From: an uncultured archaeon
GTDB taxonomy: Archaea > Aenigmatarchaeota > Aenigmatarchaeia > CG10238-14 > SCSR01
Direction: 5' to 3'
Assembly: GCA_964539655.1 (NCBI GenBank)
Contig: CAZIJH010000004.1
Span: 14,925 to 78,924, forward strand
Length of the DNA: 64,000 bases
Below the pieces are notes generated by a model. The model worked only from the letters and a program-made list of their open reading frames with translations. It searched no databases and had not been told where the DNA came from. Of this stretch, positions 55,175-64,000 are shown piece after piece. The number at the start of each line of letters is the position of its first letter. Within the stretch, counting starts at the first letter, position 1. The position numbers and the translations under genes are program-made.

Positions 55175-57850
55175 ATGACTGGCCAAAAATGGCACGCGAA
55201 AAATATAGAAGAAATATTTAAAATTCTCAAGACGTCAAAAGACGGTTTGAAAAAAACAGATGTCAAATCCGGACTAAGACAATTCGGTTCGAATGATATA
55301 AAAGAGGCAAGGAAAATAAATACACCCCTGATATTTCTCCGTCAGTTAAAAAGTTATTTCATACTTATTCTTGTGTTGGCTGCGACAGTTTCGTTTCTGA
55401 TTGGAAAAACAGCAGAATCTTTCTTGATTTTTATTCTGGTTGTCGCCACTTGTGTGATGGGATTCGTTCAAGAATATAGGGCAGAAAAAGCGATGCGTGC
55501 ATTGAAAAAACTCTTTGTCCCAAAATCAAAGGTGATAAGAAATGGTGTCGTAAGAGAAATATCATCACGTAAGTTGGTCCCTGGTGACATAATTTTATTG
55601 CAGGCTGGTGACAGAGTTCCTGCAGATGCGCGACTGATCGAACTTGCAAATCTTCGAGTTGACGAATCTACGCTCACTGGAGAATCAACACCGGTCACAA
55701 AACATGAAATGTCAATTGCCGAAGATACTGAATTGGCGGAAAAGAAAAACATGGTTTTCATGGGAACTGCCATCATTTACGGCAGAGCAAAAGCTGTAGT
55801 TGTGGAAACGGGTGTGCGGACCGAACTAGGTAAGATTGCTACACTAATCAAAGAGAAGGAAATCGAAACCCCCCTTCAGGTCAAGCTGACACAGTTCACA
55901 AAATGGTTTGGAATGCTTGTTCTTCTCATTTCAATCTCGCTATTCATCCTGGGAATTTTGAGAGGTGAGGAGATTTTCGGAATGTTCTTACTCGTGACAG
56001 CATTGTCTGTGGCGGCGGTGCCCGAAGTTCTGCCTACCCTCATTACAGTAACTTTGTCTTTTGGAGTCCATACTATGGCGAAAAGTCACGCAATTGTAAG
56101 GAAGATGTCTGCTGTGGAGACTCTTGGAGCTGTGACTGTGATATGCACTGACAAGACTGGGACATTAACTTCTAATGAAATGACAGTCAGAAAAATATAC
56201 GCTGGCGGCGAAACAATCGAAGTTGGTGGAATTGGTTTCGAGCCAATTGGCGAATTCATGAAAAAAGGAAAAATAATAGATACGGAAAAAATTCGTGATT
56301 TGAACATGTTGTTTAAAATTTCTGCACTATGCAACGATACAAAACTGATTAAAAATGGAAGTTGGAATGTTATCGGAGATCCAACTGAAGGTGCATTGAC
56401 GGTTCTGGCTGCAAAAGCAAATTTTTTGCAGAGTGAATTATTTAAGAGTTCGCCGAGGATAGCGGAACTTCCATTCTCGTCAGAAAGGAAAAGGATGACA
56501 ACTATCCATTCGTCTAAAAACGGAGTTTTTTCATGTACAAAAGGCGCTCCGGAAGAAGTTATTAAAATATGCAGATATCTTACAAAAGATTCCAAAATCA
56601 AGAAATTGAGTGAGAAGGATAAAAAAATCGTAATTGAACAGTCAAAAATAATGGCGAAAGAAGGGCTTAGAGTTTTGGCTTTGGCGTACAAAAAATTACC
56701 GAATAAAGATTTCAGATCAAAGTCGGTCGAGAGAAATCTGGTATTTGTTGGGTTGGTTGGAATGTACGACCCGCCGAGAGCAGAAGTCGCCGAGGCTATA
56801 CGTACTTGCAGGCAGGCTGGAATAAAAGTAGTTATGGTCACTGGGGACCACTTGCTGACCGCGACTTCTGTTGCAAAAGAAGTTGGCTTGCTTTTGGATG
56901 ACGGAAAAATTTTGACAGGGGAAGAGTTGAGCAAATTAAAAGATGGCGAGTTTGGAAAAATAGTCGAGGACGTTTTGGTGTATGCGAGGGTGACCCCCGA
57001 GCATAAATTGAGAATAGTAAAAATGCTGAAGAAGAAGGGACATGTTGTAGCTGTCACTGGTGATGGGGTCAACGACGCACCTGCCTTGAAATTTTCTGAC
57101 ATAGGAGTAGCCATGGGAATGAAGGGCGCCGATGTTGCGAAGGAGGCTTCAAATGTTGTTTTGACTGACGATAACTTTGCGACCATAGTGAAGGCGATTG
57201 AGGAAGGCAGGCACATTTACGACAATCTGAGAAAATTCATGAGATACCTGCTGGCAATAAATTTGAGCGAAATATTTTTTGTATCAATAACAACCCTAGC
57301 CAGATTACCATTGCCTTTGCTGCCTCTTCAGATACTCTGGCTAAACTTGGTCACTGACGGTCCTCCAGCTTTGGCACTGAGCACAGATAAAAAAAATAAA
57401 GAACTCATGAACAGGAAACCTAGAAATCCTCGACACGGTATTTTGCATGGAATGAAATTGTTTCTCGTGACAGCAGGTATCTTAGCTTTGGTTACCGAAC
57501 TGAGTATTTTCATTTATTACTTGTTTATCGGCAGTAGCATAGAGAAAGCCAGAACCATGGCATTCACCGTCGCTGTCATGTTCCAGTTAATTTTTGTTTT
57601 CAACTGCAGATCTGAAAACAAGTCAATATCAACATCTGCCATAATTTCGAACAAGTATCTTCTACTTAGCGTTGGAATCTCGATTGCGATGCAACTCATT
57701 GTAATTTACACACCATTCTTGCAACCCGTTTTTGGAACTACTGAATTGGGATTGTCGGAATGGATGATTGTGCTAGGTCTTGCGAGTTCTGGACTACTGT
57801 TGTCTCCGAAATATCTGATTAGAACGGAAGAAAAGATTACTTCGGACTGA
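55175..57850 (+). CDS. cation (Ca2+-type, P2A) P-type ATPase
   Basis: DKTGTLT, TGDHLLTA, GDGVNDAPAL, and 10-TM architecture. 891 aa. Confidence 0.9.
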   Translation: MTGQKWHAKNIEEIFKILKTSKDGLKKTDVKSGLRQFGSNDIKEARKINTPLIFLRQLKSYFILILVLAATVSFLIGKTAESFLIFILVVATCVMGFVQEYRAEKAMRALKKLFVPKSKVIRNGVVREISSRKLVPGDIILLQAGDRVPADARLIELANLRVDESTLTGESTPVTKHEMSIAEDTELAEKKNMVFMGTAIIYGRAKAVVVETGVRTELGKIATLIKEKEIETPLQVKLTQFTKWFGMLVLLISISLFILGILRGEEIFGMFLLVTALSVAAVPEVLPTLITVTLSFGVHTMAKSHAIVRKMSAVETLGAVTVICTDKTGTLTSNEMTVRKIYAGGETIEVGGIGFEPIGEFMKKGKIIDTEKIRDLNMLFKISALCNDTKLIKNGSWNVIGDPTEGALTVLAAKANFLQSELFKSSPRIAELPFSSERKRMTTIHSSKNGVFSCTKGAPEEVIKICRYLTKDSKIKKLSEKDKKIVIEQSKIMAKEGLRVLALAYKKLPNKDFRSKSVERNLVFVGLVGMYDPPRAEVAEAIRTCRQAGIKVVMVTGDHLLTATSVAKEVGLLLDDGKILTGEELSKLKDGEFGKIVEDVLVYARVTPEHKLRIVKMLKKKGHVVAVTGDGVNDAPALKFSDIGVAMGMKGADVAKEASNVVLTDDNFATIVKAIEEGRHIYDNLRKFMRYLLAINLSEIFFVSITTLARLPLPLLPLQILWLNLVTDGPPALALSTDKKNKELMNRKPRNPRHGILHGMKLFLVTAGILALVTELSIFIYYLFIGSSIEKARTMAFTVAVMFQLIFVFNCRSENKSISTSAIISNKYLLLSVGISIAMQLIVIYTPFLQPVFGTTELGLSEWMIVLGLASSGLLLSPKYLIRTEEKITSD

Positions 57851-57899
57851 TCTTATTTTATTTATAAGCAAATCTCCAAATTAATTAAGGTGATTTTTG

Positions 57900-58070
57900 A
57901 TGGGATTGTTCGCAGGAAAGAAGAAAGCTTTTGGTGGCTACAGTGTCAGTTTCAAAAAAGTGGCTGATTTGCCGATATCGAAAATTTTTGGAACAGGCGA
58001 TTTGGCACCAAGCGAAATGACAAAGAAACTTTGGCAGTTCGTGAAATCAAACAAGCTTTCCAGCAAATAA
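57900..58070 (+). CDS. small SWIB/MDM2-like domain protein (56 aa)
   Basis: Unlisted ORF MGLFAGKKKAFGGYSVSFKKVADLPISKIFGTGDLAPSEMTKKLWQFVKSNKLSSK. KKLWQFVKSNKL resembles the SWIB motif. An AAGGTGA RBS lies upstream. Confidence 0.35.
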   Translation: MGLFAGKKKAFGGYSVSFKKVADLPISKIFGTGDLAPSEMTKKLWQFVKSNKLSSK

Positions 58071-58094
58071 AATTAAATTCGAAAAATTTTTCAT

Positions 58095-58373
58095 TTAGAT
58101 CGGCAGGCCGAAAGCCGCCGAAAGTTTTTCTATTTTTCTGAATTCCTGCACGAACTCGCGTCCTTTTTTCGTGATCTTGTAATAAACTTTGTCTCCCCTC
58201 AGTTCCTGCTCGAGAAAACCTTTCTGCATCAGCGTGTTAAGATGATCCTTCAGAAGTTTGTGCGACAGGTTCGCCTTGTACATTATGTGCGTCGGCTTAA
58301 CGGAGGTATTTTCGCGCTGGACGACTCTGAGGACGTCGACAAGGACAGTGATCTTCGACCGTCTCTCGCTCAT
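58095..58373 (-). CDS. winged-helix DNA-binding protein
   Basis: 92 aa; KITVLVDVLRVVQ...KANLSHKLLKDHLNTLMQKGFL is wHTH-like. Confidence 0.5.
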   Translation of the reverse strand: MSERRSKITVLVDVLRVVQRENTSVKPTHIMYKANLSHKLLKDHLNTLMQKGFLEQELRGDKVYYKITKKGREFVQEFRKIEKLSAAFGLPI

Positions 58374-59065
58374 TTTCTGTTCACCTGCGCAACCATCAAC
58401 AGCAGAGAGGAAAACCCAAACAGCAACGAAAAGTGCGCAAGCGCGAAGAACGATGGATCGAAAGGAATCAGAAACATTAGCACGTGATAAAATTCTATCG
58501 CTGCGAACCCGGAGAAGACCAGCAGACTGTCATTTGTTTTTGTCCTGAAATAATTAAGGAAGGTCTTGATAGCTATGTACGTAAGCAGGACTATCGATGC
58601 AGAATGGAAAATTTGGAAATAGGAATTCATGAAGGGATACAAGACCGAATCTGCTTCCTGCAGTTGGAAAAACAGTTCGATTCCCATCGGTGCGCCAGCG
58701 GCAAAAATCTTCATCCTGTTGGTTTTGAAATAGCTGAGCGCGAGCAAAGAGTATCCGATGAGCGTCGCCAAATAATAACCGTAATTGCCGAACCTGATCC
58801 AAAAATATGTCGGATCGACCGGATTGAATTGGCACTGCGGCTTGCACGATTCGAAATTAATGTAGCTGTACAGGTTTCCGACAGTAAGCGCCAAAAGTCC
58901 GAACGATATGAAGACGAACGCAGCGTGGAAAAGTATGTGCTGTTTTTTTGACGTGATCGAGAAAAGTTTGAACGAGTAGTAGGAAAGAAGGATCGCCGCG
59001 AATGTCGCGACAAGATACATAGCTGACCCGAATTCGTAAAACCAGATTGGGACAACTATTGCCAT
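58370..59065 (-). CDS. integral membrane protein
   Basis: 231 aa with ~7 TM helices, translationally coupled to the wHTH gene. Confidence 0.5.
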   Translation of the reverse strand: MAIVVPIWFYEFGSAMYLVATFAAILLSYYSFKLFSITSKKQHILFHAAFVFISFGLLALTVGNLYSYINFESCKPQCQFNPVDPTYFWIRFGNYGYYLATLIGYSLLALSYFKTNRMKIFAAGAPMGIELFFQLQEADSVLYPFMNSYFQIFHSASIVLLTYIAIKTFLNYFRTKTNDSLLVFSGFAAIEFYHVLMFLIPFDPSFFALAHFSLLFGFSSLLLMVAQVNRK

Positions 59066-59374
59066 TTTTTCAACGATCCTTTGTTTGAATTTGCCCGCTA
59101 AAGCCTTAATTTAATATGGAACATTGTTCTATATCAAATTTTCACAATGGAGGTATACTCCCGAAACGATGTATTTTTGTGGCTGATTGAATTAACCATC
59201 CTGCCCAGTCTGCCACACTTATAGTATAGTCAAACCGTCGCGTGTTTGCCTTGAAGAAGGAGAGGGAGGTGATGCAACAAACATCCGCACCCCGCAAATG
59301 AGCTTCGCTCCTTCTTTCACCAATTTTCAAAATTCAATAAGACATTAATCCTTTACCATACAGTTTTATTTTAA

Positions 59375-60466
59375 ATGTCCGAACCTTACGACCCAAAAAA
59401 GCCGTTTAATGAGCAAATTAAACAAATCATAAAATCGACTCATCCTGACGACAGCATCATTCAAGTTAAGCAAATCGGCAAACGTTTCAAAGTAATTATG
59501 GATCCGAAATTTATGGGACTGTTCCAGCGTCTAAGCGGAACAGACGGGATTGGAACAAAGGCCAAGTTACATTCGGACATGCGAACTTTCAGCAACGGTG
59601 CTCAAGATGCAGTTGCAATGGTGTTTGACGATTTGATAGAATACGGATTCGAGCCAGTCGAACTTCAAGATCACATTTTGATGCAGACAGAAGATAACGA
59701 AGCTATATTCGAGTTAACAAATTCACTAAAAGATTTGTGCATAAAAAATGCGTGGACTGCTCCATGGAAAACAACATATCCGGTAATAATCACGGGCGGA
59801 GAGACTGCAATAATCAACACTCTTCAAGGATTTGAAATGGGAATCACAGCAACTGGCTATGCGTTACCTGAAAATATTTTGGTACCTCATGCTGATCTCG
59901 GACACGAATTGATTGGGATTGCCAGTAACGGAGTACATTCAAACGGGTATTCATTTTTGAGGAAGCAAGTTTTGAACGATTATAAATTGGAAGACGAAGC
60001 ACCGTGGGATCCACGTACAACCGTAGGAGAAGAACTAACGAAGCCTACCCATATTTACTTGAATACTCTCCGCAGGATTCTGCAAAAGCATAGGGAAGAC
60101 ATTAGTGGACTTGTCCATATCACCGGCGGTGGATTTACAAAATTAAAAGAATTGGCACCGGGAAATAAGAATGTCAAAATTATTGTACACGATTATGATC
60201 ACAATGATAACAAAAATTTCAGACGTCCTTTGAGATTGTTCAAATGGTTGCAACAAAAATATAATATATCAGACGAAAGCATGTACGAAAGATTTAATAA
60301 CGGAGTCGGGTATGTTGTCGCCGTACCGATGAGCGCGAGATACGATGTTTTGTCAGATATCAGGAAAGATTTTGATGCTGATGCCATCGGTCAAATTTGG
60401 CCTGGATCAGGTAGTATAAGCATAAGGTCAGTTTATACCGGTAAAGAAGTTTTGTATCCGATTTAA
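59375..60466 (+). CDS. purM: AIR synthase-related protein (PurM family)
   Basis: GTDGIGTK, ITGGETA, and the PurM-type SNGVHSNGYS. Confidence 0.75.
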   Translation: MSEPYDPKKPFNEQIKQIIKSTHPDDSIIQVKQIGKRFKVIMDPKFMGLFQRLSGTDGIGTKAKLHSDMRTFSNGAQDAVAMVFDDLIEYGFEPVELQDHILMQTEDNEAIFELTNSLKDLCIKNAWTAPWKTTYPVIITGGETAIINTLQGFEMGITATGYALPENILVPHADLGHELIGIASNGVHSNGYSFLRKQVLNDYKLEDEAPWDPRTTVGEELTKPTHIYLNTLRRILQKHREDISGLVHITGGGFTKLKELAPGNKNVKIIVHDYDHNDNKNFRRPLRLFKWLQQKYNISDESMYERFNNGVGYVVAVPMSARYDVLSDIRKDFDADAIGQIWPGSGSISIRSVYTGKEVLYPI

Positions 60467-60481
60467 TTTTTTTGTAAATTT

Positions 60482-61231
60482 TTAGTCTTCGCTCACTCTC
60501 GGCGCGAGAACGAACTGCAAGCTCGCCTTGTCTCCGGCCTTGAACGAAAGTTTCATCGGATAGTCTTGTCCAAATTGCAACGAAACAGATTCAGCAATCT
60601 TCGCGGCCTTGATCATTTTCTTCAGGTATTCGAGAGGGTATCTCGATTTTATTTCTCCGTTTGACTGCAGACTCAATAAGGATCCGTTTCCGGTTTCCAA
60701 TTCTAATTCCGCCCTGCTCACGTCGCCTTCCGCGCGCATCGTGAACTTTGTAGGAGAAGTTTGGAACATTACAGAATCGGCGACAATCTCCGCGTCGTCA
60801 AGACCCGATTGAATTACGTCGGGTTTCAATTCAGACTTGACCGCGAACTCTAACTGGTCGACAGGAGGAACTTCTTCCTGGCTGATGTCCAGAATAGGAA
60901 CGACGAATTTTCTTTTGCTCTGTCCGGAAATCTCGACCTGCATCTTGTTGTCCTGCAGATTCAATGTGAGTTTGTCTTTCCCGGTCGCGCGCTTCAGAAC
61001 CGATAAAAAATTTCCAATATTCAGGCCGATTGACTTGTCTTCGTCAATCTCGTAAGTTTCGAACGCGCTCGAAAAAATCCTGAAATCGACTACCGCCACC
61101 ATCGCGCGGTCCGCGGCGACAAGAGATATTCCTTCTTTTGAAACCTTGAAAAGTCCCTCGTCAATGAGCTCTGCTATCGAGGAAATAGAATCCGTCAATA
61201 ATGCGGGATTTGCGAGAGTTGCCTTGAACAT
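60482..61231 (-). CDS. pcn: DNA polymerase sliding clamp (PCNA)
   Basis: 249 aa. The N-terminus MFKATLANPALLTDSISSIAELIDEGLFKVSKEGISLVAADRAMVAVV is typical of archaeal PCNA. Confidence 0.85.
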   Translation of the reverse strand: MFKATLANPALLTDSISSIAELIDEGLFKVSKEGISLVAADRAMVAVVDFRIFSSAFETYEIDEDKSIGLNIGNFLSVLKRATGKDKLTLNLQDNKMQVEISGQSKRKFVVPILDISQEEVPPVDQLEFAVKSELKPDVIQSGLDDAEIVADSVMFQTSPTKFTMRAEGDVSRAELELETGNGSLLSLQSNGEIKSRYPLEYLKKMIKAAKIAESVSLQFGQDYPMKLSFKAGDKASLQFVLAPRVSED

Positions 61232-61525
61232 TTACACACCGATTCTGTTGTATAACTCTTTTATCTTTCTATAAAGATTTAAATCAAAATTGTCCAAGTT
61301 CTGGATCGCGTCCGCCTTCAGCCTTCCTTCGATCACGGTGCAGAACGCCCTCACGAGCTTGTCCGACTCTACATTTTCCTCTGAAAATACTTCCACCTTG
61401 CCGGATTCGTCGCCGATCACGAAGGAATTTTCTTCCGACTGGATTACTGTTCCGATTATCGAGACTTTTCTGTCGTCCTTGTTTACTTCGGAAATTTTTT
61501 TCGGGGTGTAATGAGTTGGCTGCAC
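61232..61525 (-). CDS. small OB-fold-like protein (possible ssDNA-binding)
   Basis: 97 aa; VSIIGTVIQSEENSFVIGDESGKVEV resembles an OB-fold nucleic-acid-binding core. Abuts PCNA. Confidence 0.4.
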   Translation of the reverse strand: MQPTHYTPKKISEVNKDDRKVSIIGTVIQSEENSFVIGDESGKVEVFSEENVESDKLVRAFCTVIEGRLKADAIQNLDNFDLNLYRKIKELYNRIGV

Positions 61526-61599
61526 GATAAAATTAATCGGCTCTAAAAAATAAATAGCTTGAGAGCTGTTTAAATTATTTCACGGTATTATTAGTTTCG

Positions 61600-62148
61600 A
61601 TGGAAAAGGCGTACAAAATACTCACTGTTAAACCAAACCACAGTCTGGATTACGGCAAAGGCCATGCTGGGATAGATTACGATTCGAAAGAATATCTGCA
61701 ATTGGAATGGGGAGACTGCGTCGAGCTCACAAACATTCTTAGAGGCAGGAGGCGCACGTTCGCGAAGGCTCGTTCTCTTATGCCAGCCGACGAGGGGCTT
61801 GATTTTGTAAGAATCGATTTTCTTACGCTCACAAACCTGGACGCAGTCATCAACCAGAAAATAGAATTAAGGAATGCGTCATCAAAGGTAAAGGATGCGG
61901 AAGTGTTGAGCGTAAGGCCGCTATGCAGGGTGCCTTCTCTCGCTCACGACATAATTTCGGAAAGGCTCAACGGACAATACGTGACGACCGACAATTTGAT
62001 AGAAATTACAAAGGCGGTGGTGTATCCGGAGACCACGATGTCGCCATCATATGGTTCCCCGCAGATATACAAATTCAAAGTCGATTCATTCGAGCCACAT
62101 GCCGAAGTCGTGAAAGTCAGTCTTGAAACGAGAATAAGAATAGTTTGA
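61600..62148 (+). CDS. stand-alone CDC48/VAT N-terminal-domain-like protein
   Basis: Double-psi-barrel-like pattern (YGKGHAGIDYDSKEYLQLEWGDCVEL...RGRRRTFAKA). Confidence 0.45.
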   Translation: MEKAYKILTVKPNHSLDYGKGHAGIDYDSKEYLQLEWGDCVELTNILRGRRRTFAKARSLMPADEGLDFVRIDFLTLTNLDAVINQKIELRNASSKVKDAEVLSVRPLCRVPSLAHDIISERLNGQYVTTDNLIEITKAVVYPETTMSPSYGSPQIYKFKVDSFEPHAEVVKVSLETRIRIV

Positions 62149-62155
62149 AAAAATT

Positions 62156-62497
62156 TTAACCGTAGCTTCTCCATCTGTGCCCGCATCTCTTGCACTTGTA
62201 GAATATCGTCGGGGGCTCGTCCGCGGACCTCGTCTGCTGCATCCACCAGTTCGCCTCTCCGAATTCGCATTCCGGACACATTATCTTCGTCGACGGAAGC
62301 TCGGACGCGATTTCCTCTTTGGCCATAACAACGATCCCCTTTTTCAGCTGCTGCGAAGTTTCGGAAATAGTCATCTTCTCGCCCTTCAGCCTGTATTTCC
62401 TGCCGCATTTCCTGCAGACAAGCATCGTGACCTTGGTTCCCTTCTTCGGCTTCTGCACCACGAGCAGGTTACCGCACTTCTCACAGAATCTAATCAT
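62156..62497 (-). CDS. tfs: transcription factor S (TFS / RNA polymerase subunit M)
   Basis: N-terminal zinc ribbon CEKCGN...CRKCG, and the C-terminal TFIIS-type ribbon CPECEFGEANWWMQQTRSADEPPTIFYKCKRCGHRWR. Confidence 0.85.
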   Translation of the reverse strand: MIRFCEKCGNLLVVQKPKKGTKVTMLVCRKCGRKYRLKGEKMTISETSQQLKKGIVVMAKEEIASELPSTKIMCPECEFGEANWWMQQTRSADEPPTIFYKCKRCGHRWRSYG

Positions 62498-62591
62498 TGT
62501 CGCATTTACCTCGGAATTTTTTATTTTGCTAAAGTTCTTTAGGCTCAGGCGTCGGTCGGGTTGTTAATTTCAATATATTTGATTCGAAAGC

Positions 62592-63179
62592 TCAAATACC
62601 GAAAGTCTCGGTCAATAGCACCTTTAAATAACCTATTTTGGGGATTATAAAGATAACTTTTCCCTGTATCTGCGATTTTTTCACTTCCTTCTCGTACGGA
62701 TTCTGTCCGGGATTGTGGTCTCCTTTAGTCTGGTACGTTCCGTCGGAATTTATTTCGATTATCCTGTGTATTATCGGCGCCGGCTGCGAGGGAACGTTGT
62801 AAACTATCACGTCGCCCACGTTATATTCGTCGGATCCGAAAATTATCGGCATGTCGCCTTTCTTGAAACCGTCGCTGAAAGGGAAATTTCTGAATTCGGA
62901 TTTTGTTATACCGAAGCTGTCGTAATAGAACCTGCACATCTCCCACCAGTTGTCGAAATTTTCCCTGTAGTCGAAAACTTTTTTCCCGCACGGCTGTCCG
63001 CCATCGTTCTCTCCATGATCCATCGAGCCGCTGACAACAACTACAACGGGAAAGCTTGTGCCCAGCGCGACAGACAGAATCCAGTGCAACAAAAACGCGA
63101 AAAATATTCCCAGCAGTCCGTACGTTACATACCCCATCGCGCCGGTGGTAAGTTTTTCCCAGATGTCCCTCATTCCCAT
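62592..63179 (-). CDS. signal peptidase I (archaeal/ER type, S26B)
   Basis: VVVSGSMDHG (catalytic Ser box) and TKGDHN. Confidence 0.7.
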   Translation of the reverse strand: MGMRDIWEKLTTGAMGYVTYGLLGIFFAFLLHWILSVALGTSFPVVVVVSGSMDHGENDGGQPCGKKVFDYRENFDNWWEMCRFYYDSFGITKSEFRNFPFSDGFKKGDMPIIFGSDEYNVGDVIVYNVPSQPAPIIHRIIEINSDGTYQTKGDHNPGQNPYEKEVKKSQIQGKVIFIIPKIGYLKVLLTETFGI

Positions 63180-63183
63180 TTGC

Positions 63184-63765
63184 TCACGCCCTTCCGCTGC
63201 TCTCTCCCTTGACTATCGCGGTTCCGATCAGGTGCGCGACACGAAGTACTTCGGGAATCTGGCTGTGCGTTGTCGAGAGCCTTATCGCATCTTCCGCGTC
63301 GCTGTCGGGAATTCCGAGCGACTGGTAAAAAATATTTATTCCGCTTCTCAACGAGCATTTTTTGATCTGTCCGGCATTTTCTATCATTCTCCATCTTTTC
63401 TCCCAGTCTTCGAAATTTTTCTCCAGCGCGGCCTTCACTTTTTTCAAATCCGGATGAATCCTGTTTATGACAATCACGGGCAGATTTGTTTCTTCGTTCA
63501 ATTTGATTGCATCAACAATGTTGAATCCTCCCATCGTTATTCCGTCCAGCATTATCATTTTTAACTGTTGTTTGTGCCTGCTCGAATTTATAGATTTTAT
63601 TAATTTTTCAGTCGCGTCGTTTCCGTCAACCTCCACGTCGGTCCTCAGCACTCCGTCGAGCCACTTGCCTCCGCGGAAAATCACGCCGATAACCGGGACC
63701 TTTCCTTTCCTGGAATCGAACGAGCCGTCGTCGAAACCGAGAATTCTTATTTCAGATTTGAACAT
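63184..63765 (-). CDS. DUF99 (UPF0215) family protein
   Basis: IRILGFDDGSF N-terminus, typical of archaeal DUF99. Confidence 0.55.
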   Translation of the reverse strand: MFKSEIRILGFDDGSFDSRKGKVPVIGVIFRGGKWLDGVLRTDVEVDGNDATEKLIKSINSSRHKQQLKMIMLDGITMGGFNIVDAIKLNEETNLPVIVINRIHPDLKKVKAALEKNFEDWEKRWRMIENAGQIKKCSLRSGINIFYQSLGIPDSDAEDAIRLSTTHSQIPEVLRVAHLIGTAIVKGESSGRA

Positions 63766-63818
63766 TCAAAGAGAGTTTGAATTTACTGTATTTAAAATTT
63801 TATAATTAGATTATTATC

Positions 63819-64000
63819 ATGCAAAGAGAGACTGTTGCAGTTTTGGATTGCGGCGCTCAATATGCTCATCTAATCGTGCAAGGAGTCAGAAGCTTGGGTG
63901 TTTATTCTAAAATATACGCACCAGATGTTTCGAAACATACACTGGAAAATGTGAACGCGATAATAATTTCTGGAAGCAAATACAGCGTGTACGATCCCGA
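63819..64000 (+). CDS. guaA: GMP synthase, glutamine amidotransferase subunit (5' partial, truncated by the window end)
   Basis: MQRETVAVLDCGAQYAHLIVQGVRSLGVYSKIYAP is a class-I GATase N-terminus. Confidence 0.65.
   Translation, partial: MQRETVAVLDCGAQYAHLIVQGVRSLGVYSKIYAPDVSKHTLENVNAIIISGSKYSVYDP

Noticed and set aside
56086-57216. 376-aa minus-strand ORF antisense to the Ca-type P-type ATPase
   Set aside because: It is embedded in a gene with textbook P-type ATPase motifs on the other strand, and its Ser/Phe/Leu-rich composition is typical of shadow frames.
59190-59230. ZTP (pfl) riboswitch upstream of purM
   Set aside because: The GGGCAGGATGG-like element is on the minus strand relative to purM. 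I cannot reconstruct the conserved pfl pseudoknot and P3 consensus from memory, so it is reported only as an unexplained structured region.

Overview
This 64-kb window is an AT-rich stretch of a probable archaeal chromosome. Archaeal-type genes include ribosomal protein L10e, PCNA, transcription factor S, SepF, archaeal-type signal peptidase, PEP synthase and stand-alone LAGLIDADG endonucleases. Many short lineage-specific ORFs suggest an uncultivated, possibly DPANN-like, lineage. There are no rRNA genes and no CRISPR array.

Seven tRNA genes are called: Ala-CGC, Ile-GAU, Glu-UUC with a 41-nt intron, Leu-GAG, Thr-GGU and Ser-GGA with a short intron.

Recognisable coding content covers:
- DNA metabolism: a Ku plus ATP-dependent DNA ligase (NHEJ) operon, dCMP deaminase, thymidylate kinase, and partial GuaA at the window end.
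- Copper and cation transport: a copper P-type ATPase with a TRASH-like metallochaperone and a membrane-anchored wHTH regulator, a Ca/cation P-type ATPase, and a Zn/Mn-type ABC ATPase and permease.
- Redox and general metabolism: a DsbA-like oxidoreductase, PurM, MetRS, a metallophosphoesterase, a YdjC deacetylase, arginase-family, HAD and histidine-phosphatase enzymes, and an SxtJ / carbamoyltransferase / DUF5989 trio.
- Envelope, proteolysis and regulation: a membrane Lon-type protease, a 1248-aa surface glycoprotein candidate, CBS-domain proteins and a NYN-domain protein.

Most unusual features:
- Downstream of tRNA-Ile, two tandem cassette-like units are each bounded by a conserved ~107-nt block ending in a copy of the tRNA 3' terminus. 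One unit carries a DUF4145-type (defence-associated) gene. No integrase is present.
- Two paralogous free-standing LAGLIDADG endonuclease genes each sit directly 5' of a tRNA gene. One overlaps its tRNA; the other is flanked by an 8-nt duplication of the tRNA 5' end.
- The DsbA-like protein appears circularly permuted.
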